This document shows, one piece after another, positions 39,887-41,912 of a stretch of 41,912 nucleotides of DNA (position 1 is the first letter of the stretch; each line of letters starts with the position of its first letter). The notes below the pieces were generated by a model. It had not been told where the DNA came from. It worked only from the letters and a program-made list of their open reading frames with translations, and made no database searches. The DNA is from an uncultured Collinsella sp. (GTDB lineage Bacteria > Actinomycetota > Coriobacteriia > Coriobacteriales > Coriobacteriaceae), in assembly GCA_900752425.1 (NCBI GenBank), contig CAADVE010000115.1, positions 1 to 41,912 of the forward strand, given 5' to 3'. Position numbers and translations under genes: made by a program.

Positions 39887-40154
39887 CGGGACTCGAACCC
39901 GACAGGGTGCGAGCGTAAAGCAAACGCGAAGCGTTTGTAGCGAGCAGGCGAAGGCGCCGACAGGCGCCTGAAGCCGGTGCGGATTTGCGAAGCAAATACG
40001 CGGATGTCCCGTTGCCCGCTCCATCGAGTGCGGGAGACATGGGGACGGCCAATTCAACAAAGTCTTCCCCCGCGGCTTCGTGAGGCTGAGGGGCTCGCCT
40101 GAAGCCGGTGCGGATTTGCGAAGCAAATGCGCAGATGTCCCGTTGCTCGCTCCA
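39887..40154 (+). repeat. tRNA-Gly-derived repeat element (two 59-bp units ending in the tRNA 3' end)
   Basis: 39965-40023 and 40096-40154 differ at 3 positions and end in GTCCCGTTGC(C/T)CGCTCCA = tRNA 39814-39831. 39887-39901 is the reverse complement of the T-arm. Confidence 0.85.
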
Positions 40155-40256
40155 ATTCCAAAATGTTAGGTTAATGCCTGCTGCCCATACTTGCACCTGC
40201 GCACGGTACAATGGATGGGTTACGACCAACGTGCCAATAACCAAAAAGGAGCCGCT

Positions 40257-41603
40257 ATGATCGATCGCTATACCCGCCCGGAGATGGGACACATTTTCTC
40301 CCTCGAGAACAAGTACGCCATTTGGCAGGAGATCGAGGTCTTGGCCTGCGAGGCCCAGGCGGAGCTCGGCAAGATCGGTATTTCCAAAGACGAGGCCCAG
40401 TGGATCCGCGACCATGCCAACTTTGAGAAGGCGAAGGTCGATGAGATCGAGGAAGTCACGCGCCACGACGTCATTGCCTTCCTGACCAACATGAAGGAGT
40501 ACATCGATGCCGATGTTCCCGAGGGCGACCCCAAGCCCAGCCGCTGGGTTCACTATGGCATGACCAGCTCCGATCTGGGCGACACGGCCCTGTGCTACCA
40601 GCTCACCCAGGCCTGCGACCTGATCATCGAGGACGTCAAAAAACTCGGCGAGATCTGCAAGCGTCGCGCCTTTGAGGAGCGCAACACGCTCTGCGCCGGC
40701 CGTACTCATGGCATCCATGCCGAGCCGATGACCTTCGGCATGAAGTTTGGCTCTTGGGCCTGGGAGCTCAAGCGCGATCTGGATCGTCTTGAGGACGCCC
40801 GCAAGAATGTTGCCTTCGGTGCTATCTCGGGCGCTGTCGGCACGTACAGCTCCATCGAGCCGTTCGTCGAGGAGTACGTCTGCGAGCACCTGGGCCTGGT
40901 CCACGATCCCCTGTCCACGCAGGTCATCAGCCGCGATCACCATGCCTACCTTGCCGGCGTGCTTGCCACTACAGCGGCCACCTGTGAGCGCATCGCTACC
41001 GAGGTTCGCAATCTACAGAAGACCGATACGCTCGAGGCCGAGGAGCCGTTCCGTAAGGGCCAAAAGGGCAGCTCAGCCATGCCGCACAAGCGCAACCCCA
41101 TCACCATGGAGAAAGTCTGCGGTCTGTCGCGCGTCGTGAAGTCCAACGCCCAGGTTGCCTTCGATAACGTCGCCCTGTGGCACGAGCGTGACATTTCGCA
41201 CTCCTCTGCCGAGCGCGTCGCCCAGGCCGATAGCTTCATCGCCCTCGACCACATGTTCCAGTGCCTCATCCGCGTTATCGACGGCCTGCAGCTGTATCCC
41301 GCCCGCATGATGGCCAACCTCAATAAGACCCGCGGCCTCATCTTCTCTTCCAAGGTACTGCTCGCCCTCGTCGACACGGGCATCACCCGCGAGGACGCGT
41401 ACGCCATTGTGCAGGAGAACGCTATGGCAACCTGGCACGAGGTACAGGATTGTGTCTCCGGCCCCACCTTTAAGGAGCGTCTCGAGGCCGACCCGCGCTG
41501 CACCGTCAGTCAGGAGAAGCTCGACGAGATCTTTGATCCGTGGGACTTCCTCACCCGTATCGACACGGTCTTTGATCGTCTGGAGCAGCTGAGCTTCGAG
41601 TAG
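40257..41603 (+). CDS. purB: Adenylosuccinate lyase
   Basis: MIDRYTRPEM, HYGMTSSD, GRTHGIHAEP, GSSAMPHKRNP, WHERDISHSS. RBS AAAGGAG. Confidence 0.97.
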   Translation: MIDRYTRPEMGHIFSLENKYAIWQEIEVLACEAQAELGKIGISKDEAQWIRDHANFEKAKVDEIEEVTRHDVIAFLTNMKEYIDADVPEGDPKPSRWVHYGMTSSDLGDTALCYQLTQACDLIIEDVKKLGEICKRRAFEERNTLCAGRTHGIHAEPMTFGMKFGSWAWELKRDLDRLEDARKNVAFGAISGAVGTYSSIEPFVEEYVCEHLGLVHDPLSTQVISRDHHAYLAGVLATTAATCERIATEVRNLQKTDTLEAEEPFRKGQKGSSAMPHKRNPITMEKVCGLSRVVKSNAQVAFDNVALWHERDISHSSAERVAQADSFIALDHMFQCLIRVIDGLQLYPARMMANLNKTRGLIFSSKVLLALVDTGITREDAYAIVQENAMATWHEVQDCVSGPTFKERLEADPRCTVSQEKLDEIFDPWDFLTRIDTVFDRLEQLSFE

Positions 41604-41629
41604 GTTCGGGCATAACGTTAGCTTTTTAG

Positions 41630-41667
41630 GGCGCTTTGCTGGTAATGTGTGTTGCCGGCAAAGCGCC
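41630..41667 (+). terminator. Hairpin after purB
   Basis: GGCGCTTTGCTGGTAA / TTGCCGGCAAAGCGCC, with a weak U tract. Confidence 0.55.
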
Positions 41668-41731
41668 TCGTTGCATTTAGGGAAAGACGGGGATAATAGT
41701 CGTCTCGAATAACATTCTGAGAGGGGATCGC

Positions 41732-41912
41732 ATGATTTCGTTTGATTACAAGCCTCAGGGCGTGTGTGCTCGCAATATTCACCTTGACCTTTCCGATGAC
41801 GGCAACAAGGTGGTGGGCGTTGAGTTTACCGGCGGCTGCGGCGGCAATCTCAAGGCTATCTCCAAGCTGGGCGAGGGGGCTCCCGCCGCTCGGGGAATTG
41901 AGGGTTTCGCCG
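41732..41912 (+). CDS. TSCPD-domain small protein (TIGR03905-like), partial
   Basis: Read manually: MISFDYKPQGVCARNIHLDLSDDGNKVVGVEFTGGCGGNLKAISKL..., with GVC and FxGGCxGN motifs and RBS GAGGGG. Confidence 0.75.
   Translation, partial: MISFDYKPQGVCARNIHLDLSDDGNKVVGVEFTGGCGGNLKAISKLGEGAPAARGIEGFA

Noticed and set aside
39832..40154. Intact prophage/ICE at tRNA-Gly
   Set aside because: Under 200 bp between the tRNA 3'-end copies, and no integrase in the window.
41865..41912. Divergent end of the TSCPD ORF (KLGEGAPAARGIEGF)
   Set aside because: G-rich drift at the extreme window edge looks like low-quality contig-end sequence, so it is not interpreted biologically.

Overview
High-GC Actinomycetota chromosome segment spanning the replication origin. 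A Coriobacteriia/Collinsella-like source is inferred from gene style and order, not from a database match. The left arm (- strand) carries a sortase-type pilus locus (partial backbone pilin plus a 1246-aa LPEAG adhesin), typA with three upstream genes, a tRNA Ile/Ala/Ile cluster, and gyrA-gyrB-dciA-recF-dnaN-oriC-dnaA. An extra gene sits directly upstream of dnaA: GHKL ATPase + Q/P-rich linker + winged helix. The right arm carries rpmH-rnpA-yidD-yidC-jag-rsmG, three parS sites, parA-parB, rlmN, ddl, an exonuclease-DinG helicase, a convergent PafB/PafC-like WYL pair, a degenerate M28-like membrane protein with a very large acidic insert, a thioester-domain LPXTG adhesin, tRNA-Gly followed by tRNA-derived repeats, purB and a partial TSCPD-family gene. 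Best leads: (1) the GHKL-wHTH gene apparently co-transcribed with dnaA, next to non-canonical TTTTCAACA-type DnaA boxes and a DnaA with an altered recognition helix; (2) the tRNA-Gly 3'-end-duplicating structured element; (3) the orphan PafBC-like pair beside DinG.
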